Source: Candidatus Eiseniibacteriota bacterium
Lineage (GTDB): Bacteria > Eisenbacteria > RBG-16-71-46 > CAZAMP01
Reading direction: 5' to 3'
NCBI GenBank assembly: GCA_965224245.1
Contig: OZ245046.1
Location: forward strand, 4,480,001-4,544,000
Length of the DNA stretch: 64,000 bases
Of the stretch, positions 40,201 through 49,700 are shown one piece after another (within the stretch, counting starts at the first letter, position 1; each line of letters opens with the position of its first letter). A model generated the notes under the pieces. It made no database searches. It saw nothing but the letters and a program-made list of their open reading frames with translations, and had not been told where the DNA came from. A program made the translations under genes and the position numbers.

Positions 40201-40666
40201 GACGCTCCCGGGCGGCTGGAAGCTCAGGGGTGCGGTCGACGTGGTGGACGAGAGCACGCACGGCAACGCGCTCCGCGTGACCGACCACAAGACCGGACGC
40301 AACACCACGACGGCCGGATACATCGTCGGCCAGGGCGAGTCGCTTCAGCCGGTGCTCTACGGCCTCGCCATCGAGAACGTGCTGCGCCGGCCGGTGGCCT
40401 CGGCGCGGCTGTACTTCGCCACCGAGCGCGGCGGCTTCACCGAGCGCGAGGTGACCCTCGACGAGCGGGCCAAGCGCCACGGCATCGAGGTCTTCGAGAT
40501 CGTCGATCGCGCGGTGGTCAGCGGGACGATGCCCCCCGCGCCCCGAAAGGACGCCTGCGCCTGGTGTGACTTTCGACTGATCTGCGGACCGGACGAGGAG
40601 CGCCGCGTGCGCCGGAAGGACCCCGCGTTCCTCGACGACCTGCGCGAGCTGCGGTCACTGCCATGA
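37295..40666 (+). CDS. addB: AddB-like subunit: degenerate helicase domains plus PD-(D/E)XK nuclease with Fe-S staple
   Basis: No Walker A; RGR.FD.VFVPGLAE..FP; nuclease S.T.L..Y..CPYQF, RG..D.VD, DHKTG, Q..LY, CAWCDFRLIC; ATGA overlap with addA. Start could instead be 37265. Confidence 0.8.
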   Translation: MIHVHIGSGTRARTHEVVSFVAERARDDEMLLVGGTREAVDQIAHDVTETHTATFGLGRYSLLQLASVLATPVLVERGLAPATSLGIEAVASRVAFDAAEAGLTPRLEPVRRFPGFASALARTLTELRLARTPPDALRAAGDDSAEIGLLLERYESALRDAGVVDRAGLLALATEAIPETVPSRVAFVDVPIDSRAVRDFVRAILDRAPDAIATVPVGDRPTRLAWMAIARDLPVEIHDQETDEEDAGSTTRLEQLRRNVFADAPPHRIESAMIDESVEFFSAPGEGRECVEIARRLLACAKAGTPFDRMAVFLRSPGTYAPLLETALSRAGIPAYFDRGTARPDPAGRAFLALLSCRDDNLSARRFAEYLSFSQVPALTPGGEPPGDRDVWRGATDESLGRAATAVQLSLLDALDPPLPEPEPDHDDAPALEGALRAPWKWEEYLVEAAVIGGADRWRDRLDGLAAELARKCAILRKEDPSRPMLAALERDATNLAHLRRFALPVIDTLSRLPDHASWGRWLRALSTLAPMVLRRPERVLAVLGELEPMSRVEPVTITEVRAILRERLSTLESDPPPERAGRVFVSTPERARGRHFDVVFVPGLAERVFPERPREDPLLVDVARAKLQSTPDDAGAAGDGGAGRVELRTQTDRALTERLQLLLTIGAANDGIVFSYPRIEVAEARPRVPSFYALDVARAVHGHIPNLDVLERSARNAAEARLVWPAPVRADSAIDPVEHDLAVLQHLLSTDHRNARHVVGRARYLLGLNESLARSLRSRYVRWQRKSWLPQDGIVRRTEATGDMLARFRPSVHPFSTTALQRYARCPYQFLLASIHRLEPRPDAAPLVRMDPLTRGAIYHDIQARAYRALAESDLLPVSRANLETAEATLNATISAVAARHREELFPAIPRVWDDEIDSIRADLRIWLRRMTDESADWTPRHFELAFGLPREVLDGGHYDPESSPSPVTLPGGWKLRGAVDVVDESTHGNALRVTDHKTGRNTTTAGYIVGQGESLQPVLYGLAIENVLRRPVASARLYFATERGGFTEREVTLDERAKRHGIEVFEIVDRAVVSGTMPPAPRKDACAWCDFRLICGPDEERRVRRKDPAFLDDLRELRSLP

Positions 40667-43600
40667 CGAACCACCCGCCACGCGAGCCCGAGCGGCTCGT
40701 CGATCAGGACGCCCGGGATCGGATCCAGAAGAGCCTCGACGAGACACTGATCGTCGAGGCGGCCGCGGGCACCGGCAAGACGACCGAGCTCGTCACGCGC
40801 ATCGTCGCGATGCTCGCGTCGGGGCGCGCCCGCGTGGACGGGCTGGCCGCCGTGACGTTCACCGAGAAGGCCGCGGGCGAGCTCAAGCTGCGTCTGCGTG
40901 CCAAGCTCGAGGAGGAGCGCCATGCCCTCGCCGAGCGGGCCGCCGGCGGCGGAGAGTCGGAAGCCGACCGCCACGCCAACCTCGAGGACGCGCTCGCACG
41001 GCTCGAGGAGGCCCGACTGGGCACGATCCACGGCTTCTGCGCGGATCTCCTCCGCGAACGATCGGTCGAGGCCCGCGTGGACCCCGAGTTCCAGACGATG
41101 ACCGAGCCCGAGGCCGAGCGTCTGTTTCGCGAGGCGTTCGACTCGTGGTTCCAGGAGCAGCTCCGCGATCCTCCCGAGGGTGTCCGGCGCGCGCTCCGCC
41201 GCGTGGCGTTCGAGCGACCGGGTGGGGGCAATCCGCTTGCGCGCCAGCGCCTGGCCGCCGACGGGGGGCCCATCGCGCGGCTCCGACAGGCGGGCTGGAC
41301 GCTCGCGAACTGGCGGGACTTCCCCGCCGACTGGCGTCTCGACTCGTTCCCCCGCGAGGAGCACGTCGACACGCTGGTGGCCGGGCTGCACGAGCTCGCC
41401 AGGAAGAGTGCGACGTCGTCCTATCCGGCACGCGACAAGTTCTTCCGCGACACGCAGGGCGTCCGCGATCTGAGCGAGCGGATCCGGACCGCGGAATCGG
41501 TTCGCGCCCGGGACTACGACGGCCTCGAGGCCCAGCTCGTGGCGGTTCTGGATCGGTCGCTGCGCTACGCGAAGAAGGGGCGCGGAAAGCAGTACGGCCC
41601 CGGGGTGACCTGGGACGAGGTGTGTGATCTCCACCAGCGATTCGTCGCCGCGCTGGAGGCGTTCGTCGAGCAGGCCGACGCGCACCTGGCGGCTTGCCTG
41701 CAGCGCGAGCTGCGCGACGCCGTCGAGCGGTACGACGTGCTGAAGTCGCGGCTGGGGCGACTCGACTTCGTGGATCTCCTGGTTCGCGCACGGGATCTGG
41801 TGCGCGACTCGGCCGGGGCGCGGCGCGACTATCAGCGTCAGTTCTCGCACGTCTTCATCGACGAGTTTCAGGACACCGATCCGCTCCAGGCCGAGATCCT
41901 GATGCTCCTGGCCGCCGACGATCCCGACGCCACCAGTTGGCGCGAGGTCACGCCCGTCCCCGGGAAGCTCTTCCTGGTCGGCGATCCGAAGCAGTCGATC
42001 TACCGCTTCCGGCGGGCCGACGTGGGAACCTATCTCGACGTGAAGGACATGCTCGTGGCACGGGGCGCGGTGGCGCTGACGCTGACCACGAGCTTCCGAT
42101 CGCTGCCGAGCATCCAGCGCGTCGTGAATCACGCGTTCGTGGAGTCGATGGACGGCGATCGCGACGCGCTCCAGGCCGACTACGTGCCGCTGTCGCCGTT
42201 CCGTGAGGACGTGACGTCGCGACCGACGATCGTCGCGCTGCCGGTGCCGAAGCCCACCAGCCAGTACGGGCGGGTGACGAAGGGAGCGATCGAGGCGTCG
42301 CTGCCCAACGCCGTCGGTGCGTTCGTGGAGTGGCTGGTGACCGAGAGCGGCTGGAAGGTCACCGAGCGGGACTCTCCGGCGCCGGTGCCGGTCCAGGCAC
42401 GACACGTGTGCATCCTCTTCCGGCGCTTCGACAGCTTCTACGCCGGCGACATCACCAAGGGCTACGTGCAGGCGCTCGAGTCCCGGGGTGTACGCCACCT
42501 CCTGGTCGGGGGACGCACGTTTCATCTGCGCGAGGAGATCGAGACCGTGCGGACCGCGCTCACCGCCATCGAGTGGCCCGACGACGAGCTGTCGATCTTC
42601 GGGACGCTCCGGGGCCCCCTCTTCGCGATCGGCGACGAGGAGCTGCTCCTGTGGCGACACGACCCCACGCGAAAGACCGCCCGCCGTCTCCATCCGTTCC
42701 GCGTGCCCGAGGCCGATGCGATCCCCGAGTCGCTCCATCCCATTCGCGAGGCGCTTCTGCTCCTCGCCGATCTGCACCGCGCCCGCAACGAGCGCCCCAT
42801 CGCCGAGACGATCTCGGTGCTGCTCGAGGCGACGCGGGCGCACGCCGGCTTCGCGCTCCAGCCGTCGGGCGAGCAGGTGCTGGCCAACGTGCTCTTCGTG
42901 GCCGAGCAGGCCCGGCGCTACGAGGGCTCCGGCGGCATCTCGTTCCGGGGCTTCGTCGACCAGCTCCTCGAGGACGCGGGCAGCGGGAAGGCCGCCGAGG
43001 CCCCCATCCTCGAGGACGACAGCGACGGCGTTCGACTGATGACCGTGCACAAGGCGAAGGGACTCGAGTTCCCGGTCGTCATCCTGGCCGACATCACGGC
43101 CAGCTTCGCCACCCAGCAGGCGAGCCGGTTCATCGACCCCGCGAGGGGGCTCTGTGCGGTGCGGGTGGCGGGCTGGAGCCCGCTCGATCTGATCGAGAAC
43201 CGGGGCGTCGAGCTGAAGCGTGACCAGGCCGAGAGCGTGCGGCTCGCGTACGTCGCCGCGACGCGCGCGCGGGATCTTCTCGTGGTCCCCACCATCGGGG
43301 AGGGTCCGGGCGCTCTCGGGCAGCTGGGTGAGGATCTCGCGCGGGCGGGCTGGGTGGCACCACTGATGCCGGCGCTGTATCCGCCCCGTCCGGCCTGGCA
43401 GCATGCCGGCCCCGCGCCCGCCTGTCCCCGGTTCGGCAAGGCCAGCGTCATCGACGACGATCCGACGAGCCCGGCCCCGGCCACCGTGTCACCGGGCCAG
43501 CACGAGATCGGCGAGTACCGCGTGACGTGGTGGGATCCGAAGCTGCTCGGCACCACCCCGCCGGTCGTGTTCGGCATCCGACGCGAGGATCTGATCAAGA

Positions 43601-44277
43601 AGACGGTCGACCTGTCGCTCGTGCAGGCCGATCTGGAGACCTACGATCGATGGTGGACCGCGCGGCAGTCCGCGATCGCGGACGCGTCGCAGCCCACGCG
43701 GCGCGTCGTTCGCGTGACCGACCTGGCCGGCGAGGGGCTCGACGACGGGTGTCTCTCCGAGCTGCCCGAGCTCTCGGACATCCCGATCGACATAATCGAG
43801 ATCGCGCGTGCCGGGGCGCGCCCCGGCGGCAAGCGCTTCGGCGCGCTCGTTCACGCGGTGCTGGCCGCGGTGCCGCTTCGAGCGGACGAGAACGCCATCG
43901 CGAGGGTGACGGAGCTTCAAGGTCGGATACTCGGGGCGTCCGAGGCGGAGGTGGAAGCCGCGCGCGCGGTCGTGTCCCAGGTACTCGCGCACCCGATCGT
44001 GGCTCGGGCCGCCGAGATCGAATCCGATCCGGCGACGACGTCGGCCGAGTGCCGGCGGGAGAGCGCGGTCACCCTGCGGCTCGACCCGCGGACGAACGTG
44101 GACGGTGTCGTGGATCTCGCGTTCCGCGACGGTGACGAGTGGACCGTGGTGGACTTCAAGACCGATCGCGAGATCGGTGACGAGGCCGACGCGTACACGG
44201 CGCAGCTACGGCTCTACGCGATCGCCATCGGGCGCGCCACTCGATCCCCGGTGCGTGGGGTGCTGATGCGGATCTGA
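40663..44277 (+). CDS. addA: AddA-like UvrD/SF1 helicase-nuclease
   Basis: AAAGTGKT, TFTEKAA, TIHGF, IDEFQDT, VGDPKQSIYRFR.AD, MTVHKAKGLEFP, YVAATRAR; C-terminal G.VD...VVDFKT...QL.LY. Confidence 0.88.
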   Translation: MTNHPPREPERLVDQDARDRIQKSLDETLIVEAAAGTGKTTELVTRIVAMLASGRARVDGLAAVTFTEKAAGELKLRLRAKLEEERHALAERAAGGGESEADRHANLEDALARLEEARLGTIHGFCADLLRERSVEARVDPEFQTMTEPEAERLFREAFDSWFQEQLRDPPEGVRRALRRVAFERPGGGNPLARQRLAADGGPIARLRQAGWTLANWRDFPADWRLDSFPREEHVDTLVAGLHELARKSATSSYPARDKFFRDTQGVRDLSERIRTAESVRARDYDGLEAQLVAVLDRSLRYAKKGRGKQYGPGVTWDEVCDLHQRFVAALEAFVEQADAHLAACLQRELRDAVERYDVLKSRLGRLDFVDLLVRARDLVRDSAGARRDYQRQFSHVFIDEFQDTDPLQAEILMLLAADDPDATSWREVTPVPGKLFLVGDPKQSIYRFRRADVGTYLDVKDMLVARGAVALTLTTSFRSLPSIQRVVNHAFVESMDGDRDALQADYVPLSPFREDVTSRPTIVALPVPKPTSQYGRVTKGAIEASLPNAVGAFVEWLVTESGWKVTERDSPAPVPVQARHVCILFRRFDSFYAGDITKGYVQALESRGVRHLLVGGRTFHLREEIETVRTALTAIEWPDDELSIFGTLRGPLFAIGDEELLLWRHDPTRKTARRLHPFRVPEADAIPESLHPIREALLLLADLHRARNERPIAETISVLLEATRAHAGFALQPSGEQVLANVLFVAEQARRYEGSGGISFRGFVDQLLEDAGSGKAAEAPILEDDSDGVRLMTVHKAKGLEFPVVILADITASFATQQASRFIDPARGLCAVRVAGWSPLDLIENRGVELKRDQAESVRLAYVAATRARDLLVVPTIGEGPGALGQLGEDLARAGWVAPLMPALYPPRPAWQHAGPAPACPRFGKASVIDDDPTSPAPATVSPGQHEIGEYRVTWWDPKLLGTTPPVVFGIRREDLIKKTVDLSLVQADLETYDRWWTARQSAIADASQPTRRVVRVTDLAGEGLDDGCLSELPELSDIPIDIIEIARAGARPGGKRFGALVHAVLAAVPLRADENAIARVTELQGRILGASEAEVEAARAVVSQVLAHPIVARAAEIESDPATTSAECRRESAVTLRLDPRTNVDGVVDLAFRDGDEWTVVDFKTDREIGDEADAYTAQLRLYAIAIGRATRSPVRGVLMRI

Positions 44278-44787
44278 GACGTTGGTGGACTCGACGGAAG
44301 CCGCGTGACGCCGGGGCCAGAGCGACGCCAGTGCGATCGCGATCACGCCGGTCGTGATCGCGAGATCCGCCACGTTGAACACGCCCGTCCGCACCGGTCC
44401 CACTCCGACCACCATGAAGTCGCGCACGACCCCGAGCTGAACCCGATCGATGATGTTCCCGATCCCGCCGGCCACGATCATCGCCATCGCCACGACTCGC
44501 CACGCGCGGGCGCGCCCGTCCACGAACAGATGGAACAGCAGCCCCAGCACGAGCGCCCCCGACAGCCCCACGAAGATCGCCGTGCGCCATGCGGGCGGGA
44601 GCGCGGCGCCCAGACTCAGGAAGGCACCCTCGTTCTCGGCGTAGTGCAGGCGGAAGAGACCGCCGAGGTACTCGTGGCTTGTGCCGTCCGACAGCGCGGC
44701 GACCGCGATGCGCTTGGTCCAGAGATCGATCGCGAGCAGAACGACGATGACGACGAGGATCACGATCAGTCGTGCCGGGCGGGTCAT
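44206..44787 (-). CDS. lspA: Lipoprotein signal peptidase II
   Basis: D.WTK, N.GAFLS, GG.GN.IDR, VRDF and FNVAD (both catalytic Asp); C-terminal tail overlaps the addA end convergently by 72 nt. Confidence 0.92.
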   Translation of the reverse strand: MTRPARLIVILVVIVVLLAIDLWTKRIAVAALSDGTSHEYLGGLFRLHYAENEGAFLSLGAALPPAWRTAIFVGLSGALVLGLLFHLFVDGRARAWRVVAMAMIVAGGIGNIIDRVQLGVVRDFMVVGVGPVRTGVFNVADLAITTGVIAIALASLWPRRHAASVESTNVSDPHQHPTHRGSSGAPDGDRVEP

Positions 44788-45458
44788 GCGGTCCTCACAT
44801 CGGTCAGGCGACATCCGCCTCGGTAGAACAGGACCATGCCGAGGATCTGCACGACGTGGTAGATGTCGTTGTTGTTGAAGTGTGTGTGGAGGCCCCATCC
44901 CGAGAGCTGGATCGCCGCGGCGGCGAACGACACCGCCACGCCCCCCGCCAGGGGAAGCCCCGCCGACGGCGCCGCGGCCCGGCCGGGCCCGTCCGTCCCG
45001 CGGGATCGCAGATGCAGCGCGATGGCCCCGGCGAACACGATGATGAGCGATGGCACGTAGTCGTAGATCACGTAGCGGAAGTCGGCATCCACGAACGTGA
45101 CCCACGCCAGGTACAGCGCCAGCTTCAGCCCCACGAGCACGAGCAGGATCCGGCGCGCCGCGACCGGGGCCACCGCGAAGACGATCGCAACCAGTAGGAA
45201 CGCGTCGGCCAGCCCGATCGAGTAGACGGTGATCGTCCACATCGCGTGCTGCCCGGCATCGCCGATGTACGCGACGAGCCCGTGCCAGACGCCGCCAGCC
45301 AGCGCGGCGAGCGCGAGCCACAGGAACGTCCCGCTCATGGCCCACACCGCTCGCTGGCGTCCCGATTGCCACCGCTGGACGAGCTTCATCCCGAGCGCGA
45401 TCGTGACGCCCGCCAGCAGGAAGTCGGTCACCATCGTCATCGGCTCGCGAATGTCCAA
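44784..45458 (-). CDS. Polytopic membrane protein (DUF6962-like)
   Basis: TTG start after AAAGG; EPMT..TD.LL, GG.WHG, FNNNDIYH..Q; about 7 TM; ATGA overlap with lspA. Confidence 0.65.
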   Translation of the reverse strand: MDIREPMTMVTDFLLAGVTIALGMKLVQRWQSGRQRAVWAMSGTFLWLALAALAGGVWHGLVAYIGDAGQHAMWTITVYSIGLADAFLLVAIVFAVAPVAARRILLVLVGLKLALYLAWVTFVDADFRYVIYDYVPSLIIVFAGAIALHLRSRGTDGPGRAAAPSAGLPLAGGVAVSFAAAAIQLSGWGLHTHFNNNDIYHVVQILGMVLFYRGGCRLTDVRTA

Positions 45459-45738
45459 TGCGTGGCCTTTCGAAGTCTCGGACACGGCGGGGGCTCGGGG
45501 AGTCGCGCCGAGACCGATCGACTCGGCGTGGACGCGACGGGGACGGCGCCCGCCGGGCCTCGAGCCCACGTCCGCCTGGATCGCGCGGCACGATATCACC
45601 TGACGTCGCGCCGCTCAAACTCCCAGCCACACCGAGGACCCCACCCCGAGCCGACTATCGACGCGAGGCCGGGCGCGCTATCCTCGGGCGTTCCCCAGCG
45701 TCGTCACATACTCTCGACCTCAGGAACGGAGACGAGCC

Positions 45739-46566
45739 GTGAAGGGATTCCTGGAAGCCGGCGCTTGCGACGGAGCGACCGCGATCGTGACCGGTGGCGG
45801 CACCGGACTCGGGCTCGAGGTCTCGCGCCTGCTCGCATCGCTCGGGGCCAACGTCGCGATCGCGAGCCGGAGCGCCGAGCACCACGAGACGTTCCTCGCC
45901 GACGCGGCCGAGCATGATTGGCCCGCCGCTGCCCACGTCGTGGACGTACGCGAGCCGAAGGCCATCGACACCGTGTTCGGCGCGGTGCGCGATCAGTTCG
46001 GCCGTGTCGACATCTTGATCAACAACGCGGCCGGCAACTTCGTCCGCCCGTCCATCGACCTTCCGCCGAAGGGATGGCGCGCCGTCATCGACATCGCGCT
46101 GTCGGGCGTCTTCTACTGCTCGCAGTCGCTGGCCCGCCTGGCACGAGACGACGGCGGAGGCGCCAGCATCGCGAACATCATCGCTCCGTACGCGTGGACG
46201 GGATGCCCCGGCGTCGTGCACTCGGTGTGTGCGAAGGCCGGCGTGCTGGCGATGACGCGGTCGCTCGCGGTGGAGTGGGCGTCGCTCGGCATCCGCGTGA
46301 ACGCCGTGGCGCCGGGGCCCTTCGAGAGCGAAGGCGCCGCGTCCCGGCTCTGGCCGTCCGAGGAGATCGCCGACGCCATCCGGGCCGAGATCCCGATGGG
46401 GCGCTTCGCCGACGTGGACGAGGTGGCGCGGACGGTGGTGTATCTGGCGTCGCCACAGGCCAGCTACGTCACCGGAACGTGTCTGACCGTCGACGGGGGC
46501 TGGTCGCTCGGCAAGGGGCTCGCCGGCGAGATGAGCGTGAGCGCGCGGCCCCGTCGACGCTCGTGA
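45739..46566 (+). CDS. SDR oxidoreductase, 2,4-dienoyl-CoA reductase-like
   Basis: TGGGTGLG, NNAAGNF, HS..AKAGV (Tyr-less active site typical of DECR-type SDRs), IP.GR, DGG. Confidence 0.85.
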   Translation: MKGFLEAGACDGATAIVTGGGTGLGLEVSRLLASLGANVAIASRSAEHHETFLADAAEHDWPAAAHVVDVREPKAIDTVFGAVRDQFGRVDILINNAAGNFVRPSIDLPPKGWRAVIDIALSGVFYCSQSLARLARDDGGGASIANIIAPYAWTGCPGVVHSVCAKAGVLAMTRSLAVEWASLGIRVNAVAPGPFESEGAASRLWPSEEIADAIRAEIPMGRFADVDEVARTVVYLASPQASYVTGTCLTVDGGWSLGKGLAGEMSVSARPRRRS

Positions 46567-46761
46567 AGTCGCGGGACGCCCGTCCCGACCTTCTTCGCAT
46601 GCGCCGCGATCGACACCGATTGAATGATGCCGATGCATCATTGGCGCACGAGCCCACGTGCTCGACGATTCGGTTTTCATGGCCATCGAGCGGCTCCAGG
46701 TCTCGTCACCCTCGAGGACAGGCCGCTCGACAGTCCGCTACCCATAACAAGAGGTCGGACC

Positions 46762-49700
46762 ATGTTCGATCGAGCAATCACTCGTGCCGCGCTGCTGGTC
46801 GCGGCGAGCACGGTCGCTCTCCCGAGCGGCGTCTCCGCGAGCGACGAGCCGCGTCCTACGGTTGCGAAGCCGACCCTCACACACCGAGACGATGAACTCG
46901 CAGGCCGCCAGGACGCCAGCCGGCAAGCGGTCGTGTGGCTGGGCGGTGTGGGCGCCGACGGGCAGGCGCAGGTCGGCGGAATCTGGGACTTCGAGGACGG
47001 TACGCTCCAGGGATGGCAGTCGGTCGATCTCTCCGCCGAGGCAGCGTACTTCCGTCGCATCACGCCGGCCGACGCAATCGCACACGGCGATCCGACCGAC
47101 CCCACGATGGCCGGCGCCGGATCGATGTGGGTGGGCGCCCACCAGGACGAAGCAGAGATGATGTGCTGGCCCCGCGGTATGGGCTACGGCGATTCCTGGG
47201 CCATGTGGATGACGAAGACCTTCACGTACGGCGGTACCGGCACCATCACGCTGAGCTTCGACTACTTCACTGACAGCGAGACCCAGTTCGACTACACGTA
47301 CGTGTACACGGAAGTCGCCGGGATCCGCTCGCTACCTCTGAACACCTCGGTGTGGTCGAGCCCTCAGGGCTGGGGCTACTCCGGTGCGATCGACGACGGC
47401 ACCGCGATCGGAAGTCCGTCGGCCCCGGCCACCGACACCATCGTGATCGACGCCTCGCATCTTCCAGCCAACCCAGGCGATCCGTTTACCATCGCGTTCA
47501 AGTTCGACTCCGACTACGTCTACTCGGACGAGCTGAACCGATACTCGGCGTTTTTGAACTCCCGGTTCGGCGCGTTTGGCGTCGACGACATCGGGGTCGT
47601 GGGCGTGGGACTCTCCGACGTGAGCACCTTCGAGATGGACGTGGATGGATGGAGCACGTTCAGCGAACCCCCGATTGGCACCTACCTCGACGTGGACATG
47701 CTCGGGAGTCTTCCACCGATCGGAGGGACGTGCCTCGATCCGCCCACGAACCACGTGATGGTTGCGATCGACGGCAGCGGTACCTACGCACACCCTCAGC
47801 GCCAGCACGAGGAGCTACTGTCGCCGCCCGCGTACGTTGGATCGGGGTCCGGATTCGAGAGCTTCGAGAGTATCGTGGCCCGCTTCACGACATGGGAGGA
47901 GCTGCCTCTTCCTGAGGGAGTCGGCTACCAGGTGGGCGCACGCTACCATCCCTGGACGTGCCCCGAGACCGGCGTCGTGAGCTGGAGCATCGTCGCGAGA
48001 GGTCCTCTCGGTTACTTCTTCACCTTCCCCGGTCTGTGTCAGACGTGGGACGTCGACCTGGGGCCCTACGTGCCGGCGGGCGTCGACTCGATCCGGCTGG
48101 TCTTCGAGCTTCTCAGCGACACCGAGGACTTCTTCTCTGGGTCGGGGCCCGCCGTGACCGACCCATCGCCGCTCTGGGACGACATCCAGCTCGGGGTCGA
48201 CTTCGGAAGCGCGACGTTCTTCGCGCGCGGCTCCTACTACGCCGGCACCACCGGCATCTGGGGATTCGACAGCGGGAACCAGCTCCATGACGACGGGCTC
48301 CATGGCGACGACGCGGCCGGCGATGGGATCTTCGGCGCGTTCGTGGTGACCGACCAGCCACCCGGGCAGCACGAGTTCAAGATCGCGACCGGCGACTGGA
48401 GCCAGGCCTACCCGACGAACCCCTCCTATCCGACCGCGAATGCAATCCTCTACACCGAGGCATCCGACGATCTGGTGCACTTCCGGCTGGACACGAACGT
48501 GCTCTCGGACTGGCAGCCGGCGGCGAACGCGGTCTCGTGCGATCGCTTCGCGCCGACGGGCTCGGTGTTCGAGGTGATCGGCAGCGCGCCGGAGCTGGGG
48601 TCCTGGGTGACCGGCGTTCCCGCCACTCTGGACGGGGATACGTGGTACGCCGACATCGTGGTCGCCTCGCCCGGCCCCGTCGAGTACAAGTTCCGCGTGG
48701 CGGGAACCTGGGACGTCTGCAACGTCGGGATCCACTACAACATGTTCATCGGCGACAACTTCTCCGCCACCATCCCGAGCGCGAGCGCCCTGATGCGGTT
48801 TGAGTTCAACACGATCGACGGGCGGTCGCGCGCCAGAGAGCTGAACGCCAGCTCGCTGGTGCTCGAGCCGGATCTCCTCTATCAGGACATCTATCCCTCC
48901 GAGAACTCACTCGTGCCGAGTGCCACGGCGGAGATGCACAGCTACCTGGATCTCACGGCCGGCGATGGAGACGACTTGAACGCCCAGCTCGGCGACTCGG
49001 TCACCGTCGCGGGAACCGATGACGTCGGTGTGGAGGTATATCTCAACTTCCGTGTCTATCCCGGACCCGCCATGGACCTGAACGGGAATGGAGACTACTC
49101 GGACGATACCGGCTGGTGGACTGATCCCCGCTTCGAGCCCGGCAGCGATGCGTTGGCCCCGTCGTGGGCGGCAGCTCGGCTGGACACGGCGATGACCGGA
49201 GAGGTCGTGACCCCGGGGATGTTCGCCACGTACTTCTGGCCCGACGGCTCGAACGGCTACGGATCGGGCAATCCCGACAAGGTGCTGCCGGACGATTTCT
49301 TCACGCCGGGAACCACCGTCGAGTACTTCTTCTCGACGAACTACGCGTCCAGCCCTGCCGATCAGAAGATCTCGCCCGATACGACGGCCGGAGAGCCCCT
49401 CGAGTTGGAGGTCCTGCCCGGCTACGTTCGAGTGGGAAGCGACATCCTGACTTCGTGCGTGCTGTACGTGGATGCGGCCGAAGAGGGTGCCGAGGAGCTG
49501 ATCGAGGACTACGGACTGCGTCCCTGGTGCGGGTCCGGCTTCGACTACACCGGCCTCGAACACGACCGCTGGGATCGATACGACTACCAGGAGGCTGCGT
49601 CCACGATCGTGGCCCCGATGGCGCGCCAGGTTCTCGGCAACAACGGCATGACGCCTTATCAATCGATGGCGTACCGGTACATTTTCTACAGCACCGGTGC

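Noticed and set aside
37295-44277. Helicase-nuclease pair with Cas4-like Cys motif as a CRISPR or anti-phage system
   Set aside because: Architecture and order match housekeeping AddB/AddA; no array or defence-island context.
46641-46662. Possible sigma54 promoter (TTGGCGC...TGC) upstream of paralogue 3
   Set aside because: GG-to-GC spacing does not fit the strict GG-N10-GC rule.
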